Assembly (NCBI GenBank): GCA_964425305.1
Contig: CAYRMQ010000002.1
Span: 16,310-80,309, forward strand
Reading direction: 5' to 3'
DNA: 64,000 nt
From: an uncultured Anaerolineaceae bacterium
GTDB taxonomy: Bacteria > Chloroflexota > Limnocylindria > Limnocylindrales > CSP1-4
Made by a program: the position numbers and the translations under genes. Position 1 is the stretch's first letter, and the number at the start of each line of letters is the position of its first letter. Positions 35,975-47,049 of the stretch are shown one piece after another. A model generated the notes under the pieces. The model had not been told where the DNA came from. It saw nothing but the letters and a program-made list of their open reading frames with translations, and made no database searches.

Positions 35975-36496
35975 TCAGTACTGGACGACGCTGTGGATCT
36001 GCTGGTCACGTAACCGCTCGCGACCCTTGAGGAAGAGCAGCTCGACGAGGAAGGCCAGCCCGACGACCTCGGCCTTGAGCATCCTGACCAGCTCGATCGT
36101 GCCAAGGACCGTGCCGCCGGTGGCCAGCAGGTCGTCGACGATCAGCACGCGCTGGCCGGGCTGGAGGGCGTCCTTGTGGATCTCGAGCGTGTTCGTGCCG
36201 TACTCGAGGGCGTACTCGACGCTGACCGTCTCTGCCGGCAGCTTGCCCAGCTTGCGCACCGGCACGAAGCCGGCGTCGAGGCGGATGGCCATCGGCGCGC
36301 TGAATATGAAGCCGCGCGACTCCATGCCGACGACGATGTCGACCTCGGTGTCCTGGTACGGCTCGATCAGCAGGTCGATCGCCTTCTGGAAGGCGGCCGG
36401 CTCCTTCAGCAGGGTGGTGATGTCGTAGAACAGGATGCCCGGCTTGGGGAAGTCGGGGATCTCGCGGATCTTCGCGCGCAGGTCGTCTGCGGACAC
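35975..36496 (-). CDS. apt: adenine phosphoribosyltransferase
   Basis: GTG 36496 gives 173 aa. IPDFPKPGILFYDIT and PRPP loop VLIVDDLLATGGT. Confidence 0.92.
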   Translation of the reverse strand: MSADDLRAKIREIPDFPKPGILFYDITTLLKEPAAFQKAIDLLIEPYQDTEVDIVVGMESRGFIFSAPMAIRLDAGFVPVRKLGKLPAETVSVEYALEYGTNTLEIHKDALQPGQRVLIVDDLLATGGTVLGTIELVRMLKAEVVGLAFLVELLFLKGRERLRDQQIHSVVQY

Positions 36497-36723
36497 GGAC
36501 TCGGCTGACCTCGCTGGCGGGTCGTTCTTGGGCCGAGTCAGTCTACCGCACGCCTTCGGCGCGGCGACCGGGACCATCGGGGTGGTGTCTCGGCAAACGA
36601 TTTCCGGTCATGCCCGGGCCTGGCGCGGGAGGCGATACGGTCCGGCGCGCCGCTACCGCAGCGGCTCTTCCTGCCGGTAAAGCAGGGCTACGGCGGACAG
36701 GAGCCAAGTCTACGCGATACGCA

Positions 36724-36752
36724 TTGCCTTAGCCATCCTGTCTAGCTAACAT
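36724..36752 (+). promoter_or_regulatory. predicted sigma-70-type promoter of phd-vapC, leaderless geometry
   Basis: TTGCCT (36724-36729), N17, TAACAT (36747-36752), then 7 nt to the A of ATG 36760. No Shine-Dalgarno sequence. Confidence 0.45.
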
Positions 36753-36759
36753 CCATCGC

Positions 36760-36999
36760 ATGAAGGTCAACATCCACGAAGCCAAGACGACGCTATCGCG
36801 ACTCATCGCGCGCGCCCATGCCGGCGACGACGTCGTGATCGCGAGAGATAACGTTCCAGTGGCGCGGCTGGTCCCGATCCGGGAACAAACAGTCCAGCGC
36901 AAGGCCGGGACGCTGCGCGGTGTGGTGCGCGTCCCGAAGTCTTTCTTCGAACCGCTGCCGCCCGAGGAGCTCGCGGCCTGGGAAAGCCGCTCCCGTTGA
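36760..36999 (+). CDS. Phd/YefM-family antitoxin
   Basis: 79 aa. MKVNIHEAKTTLSRLIARAHAGDDVVIARDNVPVARLVP is the classic Phd N-terminus. Confidence 0.85.
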   Translation: MKVNIHEAKTTLSRLIARAHAGDDVVIARDNVPVARLVPIREQTVQRKAGTLRGVVRVPKSFFEPLPPEELAAWESRSR

Positions 37000-37379
37000 G
37001 GCTCCTGCTCGACACGCACGTGCTGCTCTGGTGGGCGACGCTCGAGCCCGCGTTGCCCGCCAAGATCACGCGAGCGATCGCCCGCGCAGACAACGAAGTC
37101 TTCGTGAGCGCGGCAACCGCCTGGGAGGTCGCCACGAAGGCTCGCCTCGGAAGGCTGGAGTGGCCTGCGGAAGCGGGCACCGTGCACGAGTACGTGCTCG
37201 GTCAGGGCTTTCGTCCCCTGGCGGTCACCCTGGAGCACGCCGAGCGAGCTGGCGGTCTGGCGATCGAGCACCGAGATCCATTCGACCGCATGCTCGTCGC
37301 CCAGGCACAGATCGAGGATCTCCACCTCGCCAGCAACGAAGCGCTGTTCGACGCTGCCGGCATACGCCGGTACTGGTAA
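36996..37379 (+). CDS. vapC: PIN-domain toxin (VapC family)
   Basis: 127 aa with a TTG start overlapping the phd stop. LLLDTHVLLWW, AATAWEVATK, HRDPFDRMLVAQA. Confidence 0.85.
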   Translation: MRLLLDTHVLLWWATLEPALPAKITRAIARADNEVFVSAATAWEVATKARLGRLEWPAEAGTVHEYVLGQGFRPLAVTLEHAERAGGLAIEHRDPFDRMLVAQAQIEDLHLASNEALFDAAGIRRYW

Positions 37380-37416
37380 TGAGCGAGGGCGCTGCTCGCC
37401 GGCGCCGGATGGATGG

Positions 37417-41040
<3,624 letters not shown>

Positions 41041-41044
41041 TGTC

Positions 41045-41770
41045 CTACTCCCGCTCGCCGCCGCGCGGCAGCAGCTTGCGCCAGCCGGTCAGGCGGCGGA
41101 CGATCGTCGGCCCGCTGTCGGTCGCCGTGGGCTGGCTGGGGGTCGGGCGTAAGGGCTCGAGCTCGGCATCGGCATCAACGTCGGCCTCTTCGCTGGCCAT
41201 GCCGGCCGGCGTCCACGCGTTCCACTTGTTGGCCGCCCGCGCCGGTCCCTCGCGCGCCCAGTCCTCGACGGCGTCGGCGGCAGCCTCGAGCACCTGCTCG
41301 ACGATCGCCTGCTCGTCGGGCCGGAAGCGGCTCAGCACGTGGTCGCGCGCGTTGCGTGTGGGTTCGCCGATGCCCACGCGCAGCCGGGCGAAGTTCTGGT
41401 TGCCCAGCTCACCGATGATCGAGCGCAGCCCGTTGTGGCTGCCGGCGCTCCCCCGCTCGCGCATCCTGATCCGACCGAGCGGCAGGGCCAAGTCGTCGAC
41501 CACGATGAGCACGTCCGACAGCGGCCCCCGCTCGCGGGCCAGGATCTTGCGCACCGCGGTGCCGGAGAGGTTCATGTAGGTCGTCGGCTTGGCCAGCACT
41601 AGGTCGAGACCGTTGTAGCGGCCGCGCACGACGGCCGCCGCGTCGCGCGCCTTGACACGGCCGGTCAGGCCGGCGCGCTCGGCGAGTCTGTCGAGCACCA
41701 TCCAGCCGACGTTGTGGCGCGTTCCTTCGTACTGGCGTCCCGGATTCCCCAGGCCGACGACTATCTTCAC
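41045..41770 (-). CDS. pth: peptidyl-tRNA hydrolase (with an acidic/Pro-rich C-terminal extension of about 50 aa)
   Basis: GTG start after GGAGG. MKIVVGLGNPGRQYEGTRHNVGW. The core ends near residue 185. Confidence 0.92.
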   Translation of the reverse strand: MKIVVGLGNPGRQYEGTRHNVGWMVLDRLAERAGLTGRVKARDAAAVVRGRYNGLDLVLAKPTTYMNLSGTAVRKILARERGPLSDVLIVVDDLALPLGRIRMRERGSAGSHNGLRSIIGELGNQNFARLRVGIGEPTRNARDHVLSRFRPDEQAIVEQVLEAAADAVEDWAREGPARAANKWNAWTPAGMASEEADVDADAELEPLRPTPSQPTATDSGPTIVRRLTGWRKLLPRGGERE

Positions 41771-41823
41771 TTGACCTCCGGTTGGGCATCCCGCCGGTGC
41801 TCGGCCCCGCGGGCACGCCGACG

Positions 41824-41852
41824 GGCCACTTCCCCTCGTCCGGGGAGTGGCC
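41824..41852 (-). terminator. stem-loop after the 41860 gene (no U-tract)
   Basis: GGCCACTTCCCC-TCGTCC-GGGGAGTGGCC forms an 11-bp stem with one bulge, 7 nt downstream of the stop at 41860. No T-run follows. Confidence 0.35.
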
Positions 41853-41859
41853 TCCGCGG

Positions 41860-42501
41860 TCAGATGTTAGCGCCCTGGCGCTGCGAGTCCTTGACGCTGC
41901 CCGTCAGCTTGGCGCCGTCGACCGCCTCGACGACGCACTCGAAGTTGCGCCCGCCGCTCACCCACGCAGAGCGGAGCGGCAGGGTCGGCAGGACGTACAG
42001 GTCCGTCGTCCACGAGGCAGCACCGACGTACGCCTCGAAGGCCGCTTCGCAGGGCGGCGCCGCGTACTCCATCAGGCGGTCCAGGCCAGGGTAACCAGGC
42101 GGGGCCTCGCCGGAGTCCTGCGGCTTCCAGCCGAAGCGATGGATCAACTCGGCATCGTGTGGGGCGGCACAGTCCACGATCCGGACGTCAGGCAGCACGT
42201 CGTCCTCGGTGGGCGGCGTGTCCCAGTCGAAGCACTCTCCGATGCGCACGCGATCGATCGCTGTCGTGCCCGAGCGCGCCTCCATGTCATCGAGGTACTG
42301 GCCCAGCAACCCGAAGCCGACGAGCGTCGCCACGCCGAGCACCAGCACGCCGACGATGACGACGATGGCGTCCGTCAGACGATGCCTCAGCGACGGACGC
42401 GGGACCTGCGTCCACTCCCACTCATCGTCCGGGTCCGGCTGCACCAATGGACGCCTGCCCGCCGGCTGCTGCCCGTCGGGGCTCATCCCCCTCACGCTCA
42501 T
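41860..42501 (-). CDS. membrane-anchored hypothetical protein (possible septum-formation-family ectodomain)
   Basis: 213 aa. One TM helix, and an ectodomain with the paired-Cys pattern IGECFDW...VDCAAPHDAEL...PPCEAAF...FECV. Confidence 0.5.
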   Translation of the reverse strand: MSVRGMSPDGQQPAGRRPLVQPDPDDEWEWTQVPRPSLRHRLTDAIVVIVGVLVLGVATLVGFGLLGQYLDDMEARSGTTAIDRVRIGECFDWDTPPTEDDVLPDVRIVDCAAPHDAELIHRFGWKPQDSGEAPPGYPGLDRLMEYAAPPCEAAFEAYVGAASWTTDLYVLPTLPLRSAWVSGGRNFECVVEAVDGAKLTGSVKDSQRQGANI

Positions 42502-42558
42502 CGTCCGCTATCAGAACGTGCCCGCCGCGCGGTATGGTACGAGAGCGCGGCAGGCGGC

Positions 42559-43146
42559 CTAGTACGGCATCTGTTCGCCGGCGCGGACGGCGACGTCGAG
42601 CCGGTTGCCGGGCGGTGGCATCGGGCAGTCGTAGGCGGGGCTGTAGACGCACGTCGGGTTGTAGGCGTAGTTGAAGTCGATCTCGACTTCGTCGTCATCC
42701 TCGGCAAAGGGCAGGTCGAGATAACGGCCGGCGCCGTAGGTCTCGTTGCCCGACGTGGCGTCGCGGAACGGCACGAAGAGCGTCGCCGGCTCGCCGTGGT
42801 GGCTGTGCGTGCGGAAGGCGGTCAGCCGCTGCTCGCGGCCGTCGGCGTCGAAAACGAGCTGGCCGGCGATCGACATCTGACGCAGCTGGCCGGTCGACGT
42901 CGGCAGCGTCACCTCGTCGCCCACACCGGCCACGTCACGGTCGAGGCGGGCGGTCAACCGCCACTCCTCTGCCGGCGAGAAGTAGCGCGGCCCGTCGAAG
43001 CCGGCCGGCGGCTGGTGGCCGCGCCAGTCGAACTGGTGCATGTAGTAGTGCCGCGCGTCCTCGCGCAGCGCCTCGAGCTCGGCGCGCCAGTCGTGGGCCT
43101 GGACGTGATCGTGGCCATTGCCGTGGTTGTGCTCGTGGCCGGTCAT
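42559..43146 (-). CDS. DUF1684-family protein with a His-rich N-terminus
   Basis: 195 aa. MTGHEHNHGNGHDHVQAH, then TYGAGRYLD...NYAYNPTCVYSPAYDCP, typical of DUF1684. ATGA overlap with ybeY. Confidence 0.75.
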   Translation of the reverse strand: MTGHEHNHGNGHDHVQAHDWRAELEALREDARHYYMHQFDWRGHQPPAGFDGPRYFSPAEEWRLTARLDRDVAGVGDEVTLPTSTGQLRQMSIAGQLVFDADGREQRLTAFRTHSHHGEPATLFVPFRDATSGNETYGAGRYLDLPFAEDDDEVEIDFNYAYNPTCVYSPAYDCPMPPPGNRLDVAVRAGEQMPY

Positions 43147-43736
43147 CTCGCATCCTCCAGTACTCGCCGCTCGAGCGCGCGCATCGCTGCCTCCTCCTCG
43201 GGCCGGGCGTGGTCCCAGCCGCAGACATGCAGCGTCCCATGGACGACCAGCAGGCGCAATTCGTCGGCCGCCGACCAGCGCACGTCGCCTGTCTGCCCTC
43301 CCCGGCCCTTCTCCGCCTGGGCGACCGCCCGCTCGACCGATACGACCACGTCACCCAGATGCGTCCTCCTGCCCGGTGGCAGCGCGAACGACCGCGTCAC
43401 CGCCATCGGGGCGGCGCCTTCGTGGATATCGGGCGCCTGGCCAGGGTGAGGGGGGTAGGCGGCCGGCGCTAGGAGGGGAAAGGACAGGACGTCGGTCGGC
43501 CCGTGCTCGCCCATGTGCTCGGCGTTGAGGCGGGCGAGCTCCTCGTCGTCGCTCAGGACGACACCGAGGCAGGCCGGCGGCGGCGCCACTGCGGCCTCGA
43601 GAGCCGCGGCGGCCACCCGCGCCAGCTCGGCCTGTGACGCCGGCGGCGACACGCCGGGGCGAACGGTGATGTCGATGCGCCAGGGCGGGCGGTAGATCGA
43701 GCCCGTGCGCGGCTCCGCGTTGCGCCCCGTTCTCAG
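43143..43736 (-). CDS. ybeY: rRNA maturation endoribonuclease YbeY (start codon uncertain, possibly CTG 43736)
   Basis: PTDVLSFPL and the zinc motif HGTLHVCGWDH. The conserved first strand RIDITV begins at 43679. No in-frame ATG/GTG/TTG lies within about 40 codons upstream of it (a V at 45-48 codons was not codon-checked). CTG 43736 overlaps the upstream TGA as CTGA. Confidence 0.8.
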   Translation of the reverse strand: MRTGRNAEPRTGSIYRPPWRIDITVRPGVSPPASQAELARVAAAALEAAVAPPPACLGVVLSDDEELARLNAEHMGEHGPTDVLSFPLLAPAAYPPHPGQAPDIHEGAAPMAVTRSFALPPGRRTHLGDVVVSVERAVAQAEKGRGGQTGDVRWSAADELRLLVVHGTLHVCGWDHARPEEEAAMRALERRVLEDAR

Positions 43737-45895
43737 GCGCCGGTTCCCCGCTGTGCCGAGCGGCGCTTCTCGATCTCGACGATCTTGTTCTGCGGGTACT
43801 CGATGCGCCGGTGGTACATGCCCAGCAGTTGCTGGACGAACGCCTCGCGGATCAGCTCCAGGTCGCGCAGCGTCAGGTCGCACTCGTCGAACTGGCCGTC
43901 CTCGAGGCGCTCCCGGATGATGCGCTGGACCATCGCCCTGATCGCCGGCTCGTCCTGCGAGGTGAGCGAGCGGACCGACGCCTCGACGCCGTCGGCGAGC
44001 ATCAGGATGGCCGCCTCCTTCGACTGCGGCTTGGGCCCGGCATGGCGGAACTTGGCCGGATCGACGGATGTCTCGGCGGCCTTCGCCTGCGGCGTGCCCG
44101 GCCGCGCGGGGGCCGCCTCGACCGCCTGCTCGCGCGCCCGCGCGTAGAAGTAGCTCATCAGCGCCGTGCCGTGATGCTGCGGGATGAACGGGATGATCGC
44201 CTTGGGCAGCTTGTAGTGGTAGGCCAGGTCGATGCCGTTGGCGACGTGCGACTTGAGCAGGGAGACCGACTGCTCGGGCGTCAGCTCGTCGTGAACGTTC
44301 TCCGAGCCGGCCTGGTTCTCGATGAACGCTAGCGGGTTGGCCAGCTTGCCGATGTCGTGGTAGTAGGCCGCCACCCGGACGAGAAGCGAGTCGGCCTCGA
44401 TCGCCTCGGCCGCGCGCTCGGCCAGGTTGCCCACCATCAGCGAGTGGTGGTACGTGCCCGGCGTCTCGAGCAGCAGCCGTCGGAGCAGCGGCTGCGACGG
44501 GTTGGCGAGTTCCAGCAGTTGGAACGAGGTCGTGATGCCGAAGACGTTGCCGACGATCACGAAGGTGCCGGCCGCCGCGACAGCCGAGCCCAGGGCGGCG
44601 ACGATGCCCGCCCCCCACAGCTCGAAGAGGCCGGTGAAGTCGCGGTCACCGAGCAGCGTGAAGAGAGTCACCACGGCCAGGTTGGCGATGGCCATCGCGC
44701 CGGCCGCCTGCACGAAGTTGCTCAACCGCTCGCCGCGCCGGATGAGGATGATGCCGACCATGCCGCCGACAAGTACGTACGTCGCAAACTCGACGGTGCC
44801 GACGATGGCGCCGGCGAGCAGCGCGATGATCGCCATCACGATCGTCGCCACGCTGCTGTCGAGCAGGACAGCGATCAGCAGGCCGGCCGCGGCGGTGGGC
44901 ACGATGAACGGCACCAGCGAGCGGTCGCCGGTCACCTTCAGCGCGACGGCCGCCGCGACGACGACCAGCGCGATCAGCATCAGCGCGTTGGCGCGGTGCC
45001 AGAACTGTGGCCGGAAACGCCACAGCCAACCGAGGAGGAGGCCGACCACCAGCGCCGCCAGCAGCACCCAACCGGCCGCCCGCGCCGGGTCGGCACGCGG
45101 CTGGAGCAGGCCGAAGAAGGCGAGCTTCTCGCTCGCGACCGCGTCGACGCGGTCGCCGGCACGGACGAGGATCTCGCCGCGCTGCACCGTGAAGCGCACC
45201 TCGTCGACGCGGTTGGCGGCGTCGACACGGGTACGCTCGGTGGCGGCGGCATCGAACGTCGAATTGGCCACGAGCAGCGGCGCCAGGATCTCGCCGCCGA
45301 GCGCGCGCTCGTCGGGGTCGAAGCGGTTCGAGACACGCTCCGACAGGCCGCCGCGCGCCTCGGCCAGCAGCGTGTCGCGGACCTCGCCGCGCTGAACGAC
45401 CTCGAGCACGCGCAGCATCTCGCCGCGCAGCGCCGTCCATTCGACGCGATCCATGCTGACCAATGTCTGTCGCGCATGGCTCGACAGCTCGGGCAGGGGG
45501 TTGCGCAGCGCCTCCATCCGCGCCTCCGGCGAGAGGATCGCGTTGAAGGCGGCGTCGACAGGCGCGACCGTCTCCTCGAACGCCTGCGCCTGCTGCTCGG
45601 CGATCAGCTGCGCCCGCTCGGGCGTGTAGTCGTACTGCGGCGGGACCGCCCGGCGCGCCTCTTCGCGGCGCTGCTCGGTGGCCGACTCGCTGGTGATCGT
45701 CGCTGCTCGCGGGGCCTGGATGTCGACGAGCGCGACGTCGCCGACGATGATGCCGGGGCCCGAAAGCGGCCCGGGCAGGGCGTCGATGCCGAGGATGACG
45801 CCGAGCGTCAGGATCAGTGCCGCGGCCGCGATCAGACCGCGGACGGCGTCGCGACGCGTGAACGCTCCCTGGCGAGTGGCTGGTCGGGCCAGCAT
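43733..45895 (-). CDS. 7TM-receptor/HDIG-domain phosphohydrolase (PgpH/YqfF family)
   Basis: Extracellular domain, seven TM segments, and an HD domain with HHSLMVGNLAERAA...AAYYHDIGK. ATG 45895 avoids overlap with yqeY. The ORF extends to 45973. Confidence 0.85.
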   Translation of the reverse strand: MLARPATRQGAFTRRDAVRGLIAAAALILTLGVILGIDALPGPLSGPGIIVGDVALVDIQAPRAATITSESATEQRREEARRAVPPQYDYTPERAQLIAEQQAQAFEETVAPVDAAFNAILSPEARMEALRNPLPELSSHARQTLVSMDRVEWTALRGEMLRVLEVVQRGEVRDTLLAEARGGLSERVSNRFDPDERALGGEILAPLLVANSTFDAAATERTRVDAANRVDEVRFTVQRGEILVRAGDRVDAVASEKLAFFGLLQPRADPARAAGWVLLAALVVGLLLGWLWRFRPQFWHRANALMLIALVVVAAAVALKVTGDRSLVPFIVPTAAAGLLIAVLLDSSVATIVMAIIALLAGAIVGTVEFATYVLVGGMVGIILIRRGERLSNFVQAAGAMAIANLAVVTLFTLLGDRDFTGLFELWGAGIVAALGSAVAAAGTFVIVGNVFGITTSFQLLELANPSQPLLRRLLLETPGTYHHSLMVGNLAERAAEAIEADSLLVRVAAYYHDIGKLANPLAFIENQAGSENVHDELTPEQSVSLLKSHVANGIDLAYHYKLPKAIIPFIPQHHGTALMSYFYARAREQAVEAAPARPGTPQAKAAETSVDPAKFRHAGPKPQSKEAAILMLADGVEASVRSLTSQDEPAIRAMVQRIIRERLEDGQFDECDLTLRDLELIREAFVQQLLGMYHRRIEYPQNKIVEIEKRRSAQRGTGA

Positions 45896-45938
45896 CAGGA
45901 ACCGTGCTCCATGACCGAATGACGGTTCACCGCGTACA

Positions 45939-46433
45939 TCAGTGACCGTGCTCCGCGAGGTCGCGCCGGGCAAGCTCGCGCGCGGCGATCGTGCTGACCT
46001 GCTTGCCTTCGGCGCGGCCCTGGACGCGCGGCATCAGCGCGCCCATAACCCTGCCCATGTCGCGGGGTGACGTCGCGCCTACCTGGTCGATCGTCTCGCG
46101 AACCAACGTCGCGACCTCGTCCTCGCTCAGCTGCTCGGGCATGTAGGCGGTGATGATCTCGAGCTTGGCCTGCTCTCGCTCGGCGGCGTCGGCGCGACCG
46201 GCGGCGGCAAAGGCCTCGGCCGACTCCCGGCGCGACTTGATCTCGCGCGACAGCACGGGCATCAGCTCCTGGTCTGACAGCTGGCGGCCGGCCGACTTCT
46301 CGGCGTTGTAGACGGCGGCGACGGCCATGCGCAGCGCTTCGAGGCGCAGCTCGTCACGCTCGCGCATGGCGCGAGTGAGATCGCTCTGGAGCCGTTCGGA
46401 AAGTGTCACCGGATAGCGTTCCTCGGGCGGCAT
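45939..46433 (-). CDS. yqeY: GatB/YqeY-domain protein
   Basis: 164 aa. LQSDLTRAMRERDELRLEALRM...EIKSRRESAEAF...EIITAYMPEQLSEDE. Confidence 0.85.
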   Translation of the reverse strand: MPPEERYPVTLSERLQSDLTRAMRERDELRLEALRMAVAAVYNAEKSAGRQLSDQELMPVLSREIKSRRESAEAFAAAGRADAAEREQAKLEIITAYMPEQLSEDEVATLVRETIDQVGATSPRDMGRVMGALMPRVQGRAEGKQVSTIAARELARRDLAEHGH

Positions 46434-46522
46434 GCCCGGGAGCAGTGGTGCCGGCCTCGATCCGCCGTCTTGCCCGACTGCCTGGTCACGGCTGGCGGGC
46501 GGGCGTTGGGGCCGGGCAGCCG

Positions 46523-46702
46523 CTACTCGGAACGGGCGGCCTTCTTGCGCTTGGCTTCCTTGCGCTTGCGCTTGACGCTGGGCTTCTCGTAGTGCTCGCG
46601 CCGGCGAGCCTCCGCCAGAATTCCGCTCTGCTGGATCTTCTTGTTGAAGCGCCGCAGAGCGCTCTCGAAGGTCTCGTTCTCCCCCACGCGGACTTCAGCC
46701 AA
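46523..46702 (-). CDS. rpsU: 30S ribosomal protein S21
   Basis: TTG 46702 is preceded by GGAGGTGAT plus a 6-nt spacer. This gives (M)[23 protein letters not shown], the canonical S21 N-terminus. The ATG at 46738 would add 12 non-conserved residues. Confidence 0.9.
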   Translation of the reverse strand: MAEVRVGENETFESALRRFNKKIQQSGILAEARRREHYEKPSVKRKRKEAKRKKAARSE

Positions 46703-47049
46703 TCCGGAATCACCTCCTGCCGGCATGTCTTCGGCCACTCACCCCGCCCGGGACCGGAATCCGGAGGGGGCGTGCACGGCTGACTGCCTCGTATGAGGTG
46801 CTCGTCGGAGCGTGTGAGAACGCTCGTCTTGAGCGTTCCGCCGCGCTCACGCTGAGCGCCGGCCTGTGCCGCGCAAAGGCTGGCGCAGTGTAGCGGTGTG
46901 CGGGAGGGTGGTCAAACGGCCGCCGGCGGCCCGAACATACCGCCACTCACGATCGGCGACAGCACTCGCTGGCCACCGATGGAGCGTGCACTAAACTTGA
47001 TTCGGACTCGACGACCGGGGCAACGCGCCAAAGGAGAGCCCGACGCCGG

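Noticed and set aside
36497-36760. Expected a SAM or SAH riboswitch upstream of the apt...ahcY-metK operon.
   Set aside because: I could not find the SAM-I, SAM-II, SAM-IV or SAH consensus cores by eye. ahcY and metK have no leaders of their own. This remains to be confirmed by an Rfam scan.
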